Below are positions 28,084-40,900 of a DNA stretch of 64,000 nucleotides, one piece after another; position 1 is the first letter of the stretch, and the number at the start of each line of letters is the position of its first letter. The position numbers and the translations under genes were made by a program. The notes below the pieces were generated by a model. The model searched no databases, was not told the DNA's origin, and saw only the letters and a program-made list of their open reading frames with translations. The stretch comes from Phoronis australis (lineage: Eukaryota > Animalia > Phoronida). The stretch is from contig NMRA01000037.1 of NCBI GenBank assembly GCA_002633005.1, positions 124,001 through 188,000 of the forward strand, written 5' to 3'.

Positions 28084-28993
28084 CCTTGGCAACTGAAATA
28101 TACACCAGAGAAGTAGTAGCTTTGCCGACTCCTTCTTTGGCGTGGTCCTCATAGTATCTGACGTGGAAGGTGAGTTAGGTATAGTGCACCAAACAAGAGC
28201 GTTTAGCGGCAAGAATAAACGTGCTCGGCCACGTCCCTTCCAAGATTGACTGATGTAGGAGTCAAGACTAAACTGTCGAATTTTTGCTACGGAACTATCT
28301 CAACAATCGGGTTCACATGAAACTTTCTTATATTAGGGTTTCTGCAACTGCCACGAATTTACTTTGTATGAGTCAAACGAAAACGAAATAATCATACTGA
28401 AACGGCAAACTGCACTTTGGGATTCCATCTTGAACATCCATATCAAACGAAATTTGGTAATGTTTTGATAACGTTGTTTTGCTTTGATTATACATTAAAG
28501 TTTGTCACATTTTACTGGCCAAAACACAACTGCATGGTGACCAAAATGACAAACTCTACAGGTTTTTCTGCTTTCAGAAAGTGTGGACTTTTTAGAATTA
28601 AATTCAGAGTTGTTGGAGATATTTGGAGGAATGCAGTCCTGTCTATAAGGTCCTTCATAGCCAGGCCCCAGATTTTGGAACAGGACAAACTAGGGCCGGG
28701 GGTGACCACGGGGGACGCCACGGGGGACGCTCTCGCCACCCACTATCCCACTTCTTTTAAAAGGAATGTAGATGCTGAGTGTATAAAGAGACGGGGCTGA
28801 GTAACAAGAATAATAAACCCAAACATTACAACAAAGTTATTATAATCATTACCCGGTAAATAACAATTAACTTCTGCAGACTGGTGCGTTTGTCAATGGG
28901 TTTTTCGGTCGCACTGACACGGATATATGTGGCCGAAAGAGGTCGCGCAATATTGTGCTCTTTTATTTCGAAAACCAAATTTAAAGTTACACA

Positions 28994-31900
28994 ATGGCGG
29001 CCTCCACGAAAGTTGGTAAGTCTCGCATGTTTTCACATAGGCCCATGATGAGTTTATCTGTTCCTCGATCATCACTGACACCACTCTCGTTTCTTGTAAA
29101 ACTCACCTTGTATTATTGCTGGGACCACTTAAAAAAGCATGGCTATTCTTCAGTTGACAACTAGAGCCTGAGCCAGAAAATAGTCGCTCAGCCCACACAG
29201 TCACAGGCGCACAGGCGCTTGAGTTTATCTGTTCCTTGATCGCAAATGACGTCACTCACTACTAAGAAAACATAAAGATTGGACACTCAAAATCTGTTTG
29301 CTCTGAATTTTCTCCTCAAATGTGCGTGGAACTCCATGAAACTAGCATCGAACTAATCTTTAAATACCTTCTGTCATTTGATCTCTTCAAATTGCCTTCG
29401 AAAGTTCGAGTACGTGTTGATTTGATAACAAAAATCTCAAAGAAACGCCAAAATCACAAATTCAAGGCCCTTATTTCGTGACATAAGACATTCATGGCAG
29501 ACGACTTTTCAGCACCTGGGTTTTTGGCGGACGATCCGGAAGGAATTCCGAAGCCCTGTTTTCGTGCACCCATAAATGTTATTTGACTGCCGTCCACATA
29601 TTTTAGCATCAGTTTGAATGTTGTTATACTCTGGTTATGAAAAACAATGTTTACAATTGAAGTACAAGGGTTGCTGGCAACAAGCGCCGGCCTACTGCAA
29701 AATCCGGCAATTGCTGATAGTTGACTTATGGTGACTAAATGACCTGTAAAACATCGGAAATCTCCGCCAAAATCTGAGCTTTGGTTGTGCTTCAACAGAG
29801 AAGAGCACATAATTTCAAGATCAAACACAAGATACGCCCGTTCTTACAATGGAATTCTAGGTTAAGTGATAAAATGAGCCATAAGCCTGTAAAGAGAAAC
29901 ATATTGATACACAGAAATGAAAGGAGTTGTTTAGTAACCTCAGTCATTTACATAGGGGATACAGTTCTTGACTTTTATAGAGGGACTGGTTACTCAAACT
30001 CGAAATTTTATCTTTGACAGGCGTACAAGTTAAAGCACAACTGGAATGTTAACTATTTTGGATCCTTGAATTCAGAGTTTTGAGATTGTTTTGAAAATTT
30101 CGTCGCTATTTTACTACTTACAGGGATAATTTAATGGGATCAACAAAAGATAAGGCTTCAAAAGTTGATGCAATACCAGTCTGAGGGAGTTGCACGCCGA
30201 TTTTATTTGGATTTGGGACAGTTGAAGTTGCTAGCCTCAGCTCAGCAAAGTTTTAGTGTCCAACCTATATATGGTTATGAGTCATCGGGAAATTCGAGCG
30301 CCTGTGCACACAGTCACAGGCTTACACAGTTATAAGCCAAAAGAAAAATTGGTCGCCAGTTTTGTAATTATGGCATGTCTTTTTGTGGACTCGTGTATGC
30401 ACAGCCATTAAACTTGCTGCCAAATGCTGTTCAAAATCGTTGTTTATTGGGCAGATGTCGCCTTATGTCCGAGTAAAAACACAACAATGGGGAGGCAGTT
30501 TGTTATTATCTGAATTCTTTACTGAAATGAAGACTTACCCCCTAAGGAATTGTTCTGTCACTATATCTTGTCACCGAAGGCCACGTTAATGTTCTGACTG
30601 ATCTTTAAAAAGACAACTAGCAAGCCCTTGGAGAACCTAAATATCGGAAACCATGTTTCCACATACGGAACACTGACTACGGTAACCAAATAATGGCCGC
30701 GGGCACCTTGTCGCCAAATTGCAGCTTGAGTATTTTGATATATTTGCTGCTAGAACACAACTCTGTTCGCAAAAAATTATCCATAAAATGTCATCTGATG
30801 ACAGCACCAAGTTGTCTCGATGAATCAGTGCAGACGATTAATGCGCGTGTGACCTCACTGCAGTTTTTAGTATCTCTTTGCCTTCTTAATATGACACATG
30901 CATGTGCGCGACCGGAGTTTGACTTGAGTTAAAAAACAAATGAAACAGTGACAGTTCATTTAAGTTGCTTCATTGTGGGAAAAGATTTTGTTTTCAACTT
31001 TTATAACCGATTTATGCGATTTTCCATTTTAGGCCGCCTTGGGGTCTAAATTGCACCCTCTCTTGGTGAAATAAAAACGAGGCAACACTATAAAAAATGA
31101 GACAATGCCGGACATTGAATGCATTACAGTGGAACAAAAATTGGTGCCATTTATTTCTCAGATTATGCTTCAAGTAAGATTTTTAGTAGTGTCTGATATT
31201 TAGGGTCCGTCCAATAATTAGGTACACTATGTGTACATGATTTGATGTCTGTTCAAATGTCCAGCTAAGACAAAAAATAGCGATGTAATGAAACTAAAAT
31301 GACTTTCCTTCATTGCCACTGTATGAAAATAAAGAAAATCTTACAATCAGTTTCAAAGACTTAGAGCAAATTTTTGTTTTGGTATTGTAGGATTTATTGA
31401 GCGAATCAACGACAAAAGAGTTTCTTGGAAGAAAAGATTCGAGATTATCTCCAAGTGTCTGAATCAGCCGGACCATTATGTTCCAAACAAGAACCAAGTC
31501 TGTCTTGACTGGCTCTGTAATGCTGTTTCCAACAAAAACAGGTACGCTGCTACTGGATAGTATTGTTCCTCACCTACCAACTGCTGCTTTCATTAAAAAT
31601 TTACTAAAGTCTATTGTATTGATTTCAACCAACCCTCATTCTGTTATCTGTTAATGTTTTATTGGCGTCTCACTTGAATGACATAAGCAGGATTCAACTG
31701 AAAACTTATAATCTCTGTGTCACAGATTGGATAATATGGTTCTTAATGTTGGTCTCTTTGTGAATTCATCTTTAATTATACTTGGGCCATGATTCAGCTG
31801 TTTGTGTTTGTTGTTACCCTTATAGGGTTACTCTGTCTGCTGATGAACTTGTGAAGGTGTGGCGTCTGCTCACTCACATTTTGTCCTCCTCTGCTCACTC

Positions 31901-34900
31901 CGTTATTGTAAAGACAAGCTTAAGTCAGGTATGTTCTTAATAATGTGGGTGTTTTTAATCATTAGACAAAATAGCATAATTATTATTCATATCTAATAAT
32001 CATTTATGGACTTGTACATGCCTTAAAGTGTTATCAATGGTTATTTGAGGCATTCCAAATACTTCTTCATTGATAAAAAGGTTAATGAAAGAAACGCGAT
32101 ATATATTTTGTGTTGGTATTCGAATTTGGCTTATTTCCTTGTTATTTTACTGTTTTGCACATTCCTGAAAAAATGATACACTGACGTTGGGGTTTGTTTG
32201 TCAGATTACAATTTGATCTGAAACTTGTTTCCTTTTGGTAAAACACTGTCAATAGAAGGACATGAAGCAGGAAATTTGTTAAGGTTCTTGCTTCTGTTTC
32301 AGTGATTTCTAATTGTAATGATTTTTGTGTTTCTATTTCATACTGTTCACAAATCAACATTTTTTTGATTAATATTGAAGGTGCTTCAGAACTGTGTGAG
32401 GGATGCAGTTGATAACCCCGTGTTACCTAGCAACAATTCCCTGTTGGAATGTCTGGAGGCTGTGTTCAAGCATCACTCATCAATTTTTACAACCACCTAC
32501 GAACACATGGTACAGTACACACCTTTTTGTATCATCATCTGCAAGTTTTTTGATTTCAGAAACTTTAGTATATATTTGTTCAATAGGTCTGTGGTCCATA
32601 TACACAATTATACAATATGTTTCAAAAACTTTTGTAACTACATCATCTCTTCTGCTGTACAGTGTTAAAAGCTGCAGTATGGTGAATTGTGTTTGCTGGT
32701 ATTATTAGTTTAGTATACTGAAGTTCTGTCATTTTGGTTAAGCCTTGTGTTTTGAAACTCATTTATTTGAATTCCCTTGACATTCTGTCAAAATAAATAA
32801 TGTCTTAGTTTTTGTTCAACATTACCACAAGTGTTTTCTCTTTGTTTCTCCTCCAAGTTATATTAGCATGGATATAATCCTCTCTAAGTTATATTAGAAT
32901 GGATATAATCCTCTCTCACTGAGTTTGACAAAAGGTGCAAAGTTTTTGAAACTGAATTTCAACTTAAATGTGGAGTGTGTTTACTCTGATATTTAAATGT
33001 ACACACCAGATTATATACTCATCTGAAAGTATTCATCTAAGTATTAAGACATCAACTTCGGCATTTCATCTTACAACCTCAGTATCTTGTCACTATAGGT
33101 TCAGGTATGCAGCTCGGTGATGACATTAGTGTGTCAGAAACAAGCACCAGATGTCACCACTAGGCTGGCTAGACTGGTGTTGGAACATTACGCCAAACAA
33201 CAGAGACTACAGGCCAACCAAAAACAGGTAAAAACCAAGCTTTTTCTTTATATAACTGGTTGTTGATTAACAGCTGCCCCTTTTGAAAAGAGTGCTGTTT
33301 ACCCACAATGCACTACATGTTCTATTTACTTAAAGAGTTATGTTTATGTGGTCACCAAAATTTAATTGCAGCGGCTGTGCAGTCATATGTGTAATAAATT
33401 AAAAAGATACAGAATACGTTTTCTGTAATTACCTGAAAAAGATGTGTCATTTTGGAACTGCTCGACTCTGACAACAGTGTCGCCATAGCATGATTACTTC
33501 TTTATTCCTCACAATATTGGAGAGCTCCTTCTGGCAATGGTGTTGCTGGCTTAGTTTTCTTTCATTCAGTCTCAGATTCAAACAAATGACTTTAAAACTA
33601 AACATAAGACATGACTCACCTAGGAGCAGATAACTGAGATTTCTACTGCACCCATTTAGAAGATTTTGATAATTCACATTGATCATGCTCCTACTAATTA
33701 ATGATGCACAGAGACCTTCATCATCTGTAACCTACACTTCTTTGTATATCATATACTGAGTTTCCATTTTCATAGAATTTTACCATATCTGCGGAACCTT
33801 GTCATTTTCTTTCATCAGGTCCTACACCAGACAGCAGATTGCCTTTTGGAGCCTTTCCTTATACTCTGTCATCAGACACCCTCTGGTGGCCTGTCAAAGT
33901 TAGCAGAAGATATTTTGCTCAAGACGTTCTTCCATAAGTGAGTACTGTCAAAATTTTAACAAACTTCTCATAACAATGGACAGACACTCCTGTCTTTCAT
34001 TTTCCTGAATCAAATTGTATCCAAAGAAGAAGTCGTGCGCAGCAATTCATGGTCTTCTTTTTCAATAATTTATTGACAAATACATACCGAGCTGGAGCTC
34101 AGCCCGGAAGCCGCCATGGGTGTTTTATACATGTACTTTCTTTCTGTGAATCAGTTATTACCATTTTGTTGGTAATTCTTACTTCGATTTGTTGATAACC
34201 ATGTTTTGTATGATGCCAAGAGCTTTAATATATGTTTTGTCCATAATGAGACGATGGAAATTTGCACAGTGTGCACGATAGCTGATGCTTTTTTGAATTC
34301 ATGCCTTTTTAAAGTTGAAACTTTAAAGCAGTTGGATAGCGTGATAGTTGAATGAAAGATTGCAGAGTTTTTTAGTTTTAAATTTGATTTTTTTGTGGTA
34401 TTATTGTAATTCTTTGTACCACATATGCCTAAATGCTTCTGTGAAATAACTATGCTGTGTGACTGCAGATAACTCCCCATCGTCCGACAAAATAGCTAGA
34501 GAGACTTGAAAACAATTGTTGCGTCAAGAAAACAGAACTATACCAACTGAATAAATCGAGTCGGTTAAAAATTGCGTCAACCTTTATAATGTGATGATAT
34601 TAATGGATCTCTATGTGGATTTCATACTCAAGCATCTCTTACTTAGCCTTGTACAATACATCACTCCAGTACTGCTCTCACGTCTCCTCTCCCCTTTTAC
34701 TTCCTCCACTGTCTATTCATCTTCAGGGATCACGAGTCTCTCTACGCCGACTTCCTGTCATCGTCCACTGTAGACGAAGCACCATCTGTTGCCAAACAAA
34801 AAGCACTCAAACACGTTTATGACAAGTTGACCAGTCTCGTGAACTCGGAGGTAAGATCAGATTTCTTCAGAGATGACTGTGTTGAGACTGGTTGATTTTA

Positions 34901-37900
34901 GAGATGACTGTGTTGAGACTGGTTGATTTTAGAGATGACTGTGTTGAGACTGGTTGATTTTAGAGATGATTGTGTTGAGACTGGTTGATTTTGCCTAGGT
35001 TTGCTTAGCTACCACTGGTAAGGATTAGCAAAAAGTAGCGAGGTAATGTATCTGTGAAGATCATACTACAATGTCAGCAGTTCAATCAAGGAACAGATGA
35101 CGGCTTACTAATTGGAAGCTGCAGAACTGCAAAGCACAACTTTCTTCACTGGTGTGAGTGCTTTCCTAAAGCAGCGTCATTGCATTCGTATCCTATGTTT
35201 GAATTGGATTCTGGTTGCCATAAAATGTCAGGAATGTCCCTATGGCCATACTTATTTGGGAACTAAAACTAACCTGCTAGGGCGAGTTTTTTTATGGGCC
35301 TGATTTGAAGGAATAACGACTAGCCTAGAAGTCACTTTGGTGAGACCCATTTTATAATGGTAAATGTTCAAAATCTTAAGTTGGTTTTGACAGGTGTGTG
35401 GGCTTATTACCCCTGCAATGACTTGTTCTTGTTATGGGCCCCCCTTGATTGATATAGAATAGAGCCCCTGTTGCTTTTGATCTTTAATTTCTGTAATGTG
35501 TCTCTTGCAGGAAGGTGGCCCATTAGTCAGTGAAGCCAGTGTGACCTTCCTTCCTGTGTTATTGGATGGATGTCATAAACTCATGAGGTGAGTGTTGAGG
35601 TGATTCAGAAGCATGTTTTTGAACTGATTAAGTCTGTAATCAGGGCTAAGAAATAAGTCAGTGTCTGGACTCATAAATACTCTCTCAGAATCTCTAAATC
35701 TAGTTCCTAATTTCAGAGACAATATGCGATCTCTATGATTAAAATTGAAGGCAAGTTAGCATACACTTTACATTTCTTGCTCTTGGGAGCTGGATTTCAG
35801 TAGTGAATAGGAAGTGATTCAAAACCATTTGGACTTTGCAGTGAAGTTGAGAAAAATTGTAATAAAGAGGTAAAACTGTTGTCATATCCAATGGCAGTGT
35901 AAAAGGACTATTTTAATTTAATAAACTAAACCTGGAGCCATGTCTATGTGTTCTAAAAAGAATGTAGGAACTGGAAAATGACTGTGTGTATATGCCAGTG
36001 CCGAAGCTGTAAAAACTAACTGCTTTGTTAAGATGTTGCCTGTTCAAAAAGTAAATGCTCTTTTGTGTGATATTTCAGGCCATCCATTGAATCTGGTCTC
36101 ACATTTAAGATGTTCCACCTGCTGTATAAGATGCTGCGGCTGGAGACCTCTAGTGTTAAATCAGGTACTACTTGGCTTTAGGCTGCAACAGCCTGCCATA
36201 GGAACGCATTGTGGCAGTATGAGAATCCATGATGACAGCATAATGTGATTCACGTTTGGGACTTTTTTAGAAATGCTCGTCCCTTGTTGAATTAGTATGA
36301 CACCAGGTGACATTATCTACAGTAAAATCTCGCCAACTTTGGACAGAATTTTTCAGAAGCTTCTAACATTGCTGTTAATGCTATTAACTACTAATTAAAA
36401 CCTAAAACTGGTAAATGATTAATTTGATGCAAACTATCTTTTATGAAAAAGCAGAAAAATAAAATTTTGCTAATGCGCCGTATTCTGTCCTAAGTTGGCG
36501 AGGTTTTACCATATTTTCAGGTTCAGCCGTACTCTAAGGGCTCACTATGCATAAAAATTGTGAGTTTCAAAATAAACTAATTACGTACTTTTCAATCTCT
36601 TGGTTGGCTTCTACCCTTCAATCACCATGGTTTAATTTTCATAAATATTAACATAAAATACTCTCGCCCAGTCAAGACGTTCATGAGATTTCAGCTTCAG
36701 CTAGACGCAGTGCGGCCGAGATACTAGAACACACTGGGTTGTTTCTTGCAGTTAAATTACATATGCAAGGTTATAGCGTTGTAAACTTTTAGCCTGAATA
36801 ATGCTATCATATTTTTTCCATGAATCGGTGTATATAGCAACCTTAATATTGTATTCAGGCGACAGATTGAAAGCTCTTCATAGAATGCTATCAACATTGT
36901 CAAGTGAAGATATTTACAGTCCTGGTTTGGATAATGCAACAGGAAATTCGCAGTTGAAATTTCTCCAAATGGTGGTGGCTCACTTACTGAAAGGCGACTT
37001 CAGGTTTGTTTGAACAATGAAATACCTTATCTAAATTGATATGTCAAAACACTCATTGGTGCAACCTGTCTATGATTAGTAATCATATTGATGTACCAGG
37101 TCACATGACTAACATTATACCAGGTCACATGACTGTACATTATACCAGGTCACATGACTGTACATTATACCAGGTCACATGACTGTACATTTCTTTAGTG
37201 AGCTAAATATATTGGAGCCATATGGGGTCTCACAACAATGCGTTTATCCAAATAAACAGTTACGTGCTATTCCTTTTCATTTGTCCAATGTAAGATGGCC
37301 GCTCACGGTAAATTAGTCAGTTATGTTTTCAGCTTCACTTTTTATCATGTCATTGTTGCATTGCTTCAGACTTGACCTAGATACTAAATGTCAATGTTTA
37401 TCCAACTTTCAACTGTGGATGTCCCGCTCTCCTGTTTCTCAACCATTGTTATCTTGCTCTGTTGTCCTTCAATAACAGGTCTTGTTCTCATTGGTATTCC
37501 ATCTGGACCAGTCTTCTACACTTGAACCACATGGCCTTTGATGGCAAGATGGCAGACGTCCTTCAAGCTGTCTGGTTCAACACTAGCCAGGTGAGATGTT
37601 TGACTTTTGATAATGTATCCTACGACTTGTAAATGCATCGACTAGTCTGTGTGAAATTAGTTACTGTAAAGTTTTAACCGTTTCTAGGTACGCAATCTTC
37701 CTCCACAATGGAGTTCTCATTAAAAGTGTACATTTTTCACTAACATAATTTTTCATGACGTAATTCATTTCCAGTCTGCCGCATTCTATTGTTTCAAATA
37801 CAGTTCTTTTCTCATTAACGGCGTATGTTTCCGGTTATAGCGTACAGACAAGTTTTGATGCATCGTACAAAGTAAGAGCCATCTAGTGTCCAGCATGTGT

Positions 37901-40900
37901 AATTCATGCATTCTGTCAGTTGTGAAACAGGAAGTGGTTAATGGTAAAGGAACTGATGTCTTAAGAACCGAATTGGAGTAAATGAAGGAAGGAGTATAAT
38001 AATAATCATAAAGAAGAATTACATCAATGAGAAAAGGACGCTGTAAATGAGATTGTCCATGCGGACCACGTTCCATGCAATGCAAAGTCGTGTCATATGG
38101 AACCAAGGAACCAGTCATTAAGCTAATGTGACTTTTAAACGCATTATCTCCACAAGAGGAAATTAATCTTTGTGTGGCAGTTTTTGATATATACGGGTAA
38201 CCATGAGTTATTGGCCACTGTCAAAAGATTTGTTTTATGTTTTGTGGTTGACAGTGTACTAATTTAATGAGATTTTGTTTCAGCTCTCAGAGGAGTGCAG
38301 AGGAGCTCTGATAGAGTTTCTATGCTGTTTGTTAGACATCTATGCCAGACTAAGACAAATACCAAAGTTTCTGGACAAACTGTTTGTTGCTGTGAGCCAG
38401 ACGTCATCATCAATTACAATTGCAAAAGAGGTTCTTAAAACGTAAGTTAGATTCTCTTTACTTTAGTCTACAAAACAAAATTGCTAGTTGCTTATTTAAA
38501 AACGCTGCGTCCAACTTTGCCAGTATTTGTTTTTTTTAACGGGTAGATGATGTTGGTTGTAACCTGGAATTTCAAGTAATTAGTGCATTTGTAGGGTGCA
38601 CGTTCAATGATACTCTGTTTCTATGGTGAGAAGTCTTGACTTGTGTTGCCTATACAACTAATGAGTGTTCTCATTGATGATGTCACATTTTCGCCCACAA
38701 TTCAACATTCTGGCACTGGTGTCCAATCACTTCCTGTGGCTGCCATTTTAATCGGATACGCTTGTCAGGTGACAGGCTTACTCGAAAACAATAGTGGGAT
38801 CTCTTGCATTGATTGCTCTAGTGTTAAATTTTGCCAAAATTGCGAGATGTGTTATTGAATGTACTTCAAATCTGCTAGGTTCTGCCACCAGGAGGAGCTG
38901 TTGTCCTGTAGTTGTGTGCAGTATTCATGGTGTTATGTATTTGTCGTTACAGGTTTGGGTCTGTGTGTGAGCAGTTGCCTCAGCTGACTACTGTTGACAC
39001 ATGGTCCAAGTTCATGGACCAAATCAACATAGCATGTGAGAACTCTGGTGAGACGGTCAATAGTTTGCTATGATTGTTGTGATTTTAATATTAAAATTTG
39101 AAAAAGCTTTGCACATCATGCTGTCATGAAGTGTCTCGTTTAGTCCAGTGTTGTTCAATTTTGAATTCATGTTTGTAGCAGTGGAAGCATTTTGTTTTAT
39201 GAACTTCCAAACATTGACACATGAAATGATGTGTTTTTGAAGTCCATGACGATCACTAAAAATAATTGCACCTGGCCATTTCATGGTTGTTTTTTTACTA
39301 TAGTTATAAAAACGAAGTCTTCAATAAAAGTTTAGTGGATATTGAAGTTATTTTTGTCTGCCGAGTTCATTAATTGAGGAATGTTGAAGAATTGTAAGCT
39401 TTTGATTGACAACAAAAATACAGTGTTTCCTTAAAAATGACTAAATTTCTTTTTATAGGTGAACTGTCCTCAAAGAATTTGGGGTTTTTGGTTGAGTTGT
39501 TCAACGAATTCCTCATTAACATCAAGATTGCGGACTATAGTGTCACGGAGTCTACAGCTACAAAAGTCCAATCTAACATGCGGTTTATGCAAGACAGAGT
39601 ACTGCGACCATTGATTGATAGGTTCATTCAGAGTCATGGGGTCAAGACTGGTATTTGTTGCCTGCAACTCATGCACACATGGGGTGAGCTAGCTCTGCTT
39701 TTGCAGTACCACACCAGATCGTCTGCCATTGGATGCCCAACAAAACTGTCTGCTGCGGTTGGATTTGAAGACTTGAACTTTGTCCATCCTTACCTCGGCA
39801 AGGAGCTCTCATTTACATTAAGTCAGAAAGCAACCAATGGCAACCAGATTTTGCAGGTTTTGTTTGTAAGTTGAATTTTTATTTTGTCTTGTTATGATCC
39901 CATTAAGAATTCTGTCAGTTTTAGGTATGAAGCTAAGACAGTAAAGCAGCAACACATTTCAAACTCTTTCATCAATTAACCAGTTTGATATAAAGTAATT
40001 GGTTTGCATGTGGAAAGGTGGGTTTTTTGTAATTTCTGTGGTGTGCTGCGTATTAGTTCAGACCACTGTGTAACACCATGTAGCCATGAAATGTGACCAT
40101 GTGGGCATGTCATGTAAAAATGACCTTGTGAATTCAACTTGTCCAAGCAGTGATGGCCCAAAACACTCATAGCGATTAGGCTGGCATGACAGTTCTCAGA
40201 TAAAAAGACCGGAAAACTCGTGATTTGATAACCACACTTTTATTTTACTTGATAGATCATTCACAATTACTATGACACATGATAGCTAGTGTCACCTGGT
40301 GGACACTGCACAAACTAATGAATGTGTTAACCCTTATTCTCAACATGTAGGTAATCGGCATCAGGTGATAGTCACTTGCTGCAGGGGTTCTGAATTTTGA
40401 GAACAAGTTTTATCCACTGAATAACAGACATTAATCTGGTTCTCTAAATCCAGGACCCCTGTAAATGACTATAATTGCCCACCACCAACACTACTTCTTT
40501 CTCTATTAATAGATGTCGCTAGTCATCCAGAAGGTGCGTGCAATGCTGCTGTTCCTCTCCAACCATAGTTCGTCAGCGTTCCATACCTCAATGCAGAACT
40601 GTCTTCAATTTATGTTCCACAAGCTTGACCCGTCCCACAGCCAGGCTGTCTGGGACTCTGGGGTAAGATTTCTATGTTGCCAGTAACAGCAAAACTGACT
40701 TAGGTTCTTATTGCAGATGTTAATTTTGTCCACGGGAGCTTTTGTTTTCCTATTTTACCATGTTGTGACTGAAAGAAAATACTTCACTGACTAAAACTGG
40801 ACTTTAAAATTGTTTAAGTTAAAATGTTTTAATTACCGTTTTGAGGGCAAACTTAAAATGGTTTTACGTAAAGTTGACATATAACTTAACCGACGTTTAG

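Noticed and set aside
26100-28800. Possible large transposon remnant (ORFs at 26458 and 28417)
   Set aside because: No transposase or RT motifs and no termini that I could define.
30693-30932. ORF starting MAAGT as the URB2 first exon
   Set aside because: There is no suitable phase-1 donor; the 28994-29015 exon has GTAAGT and the right phase.
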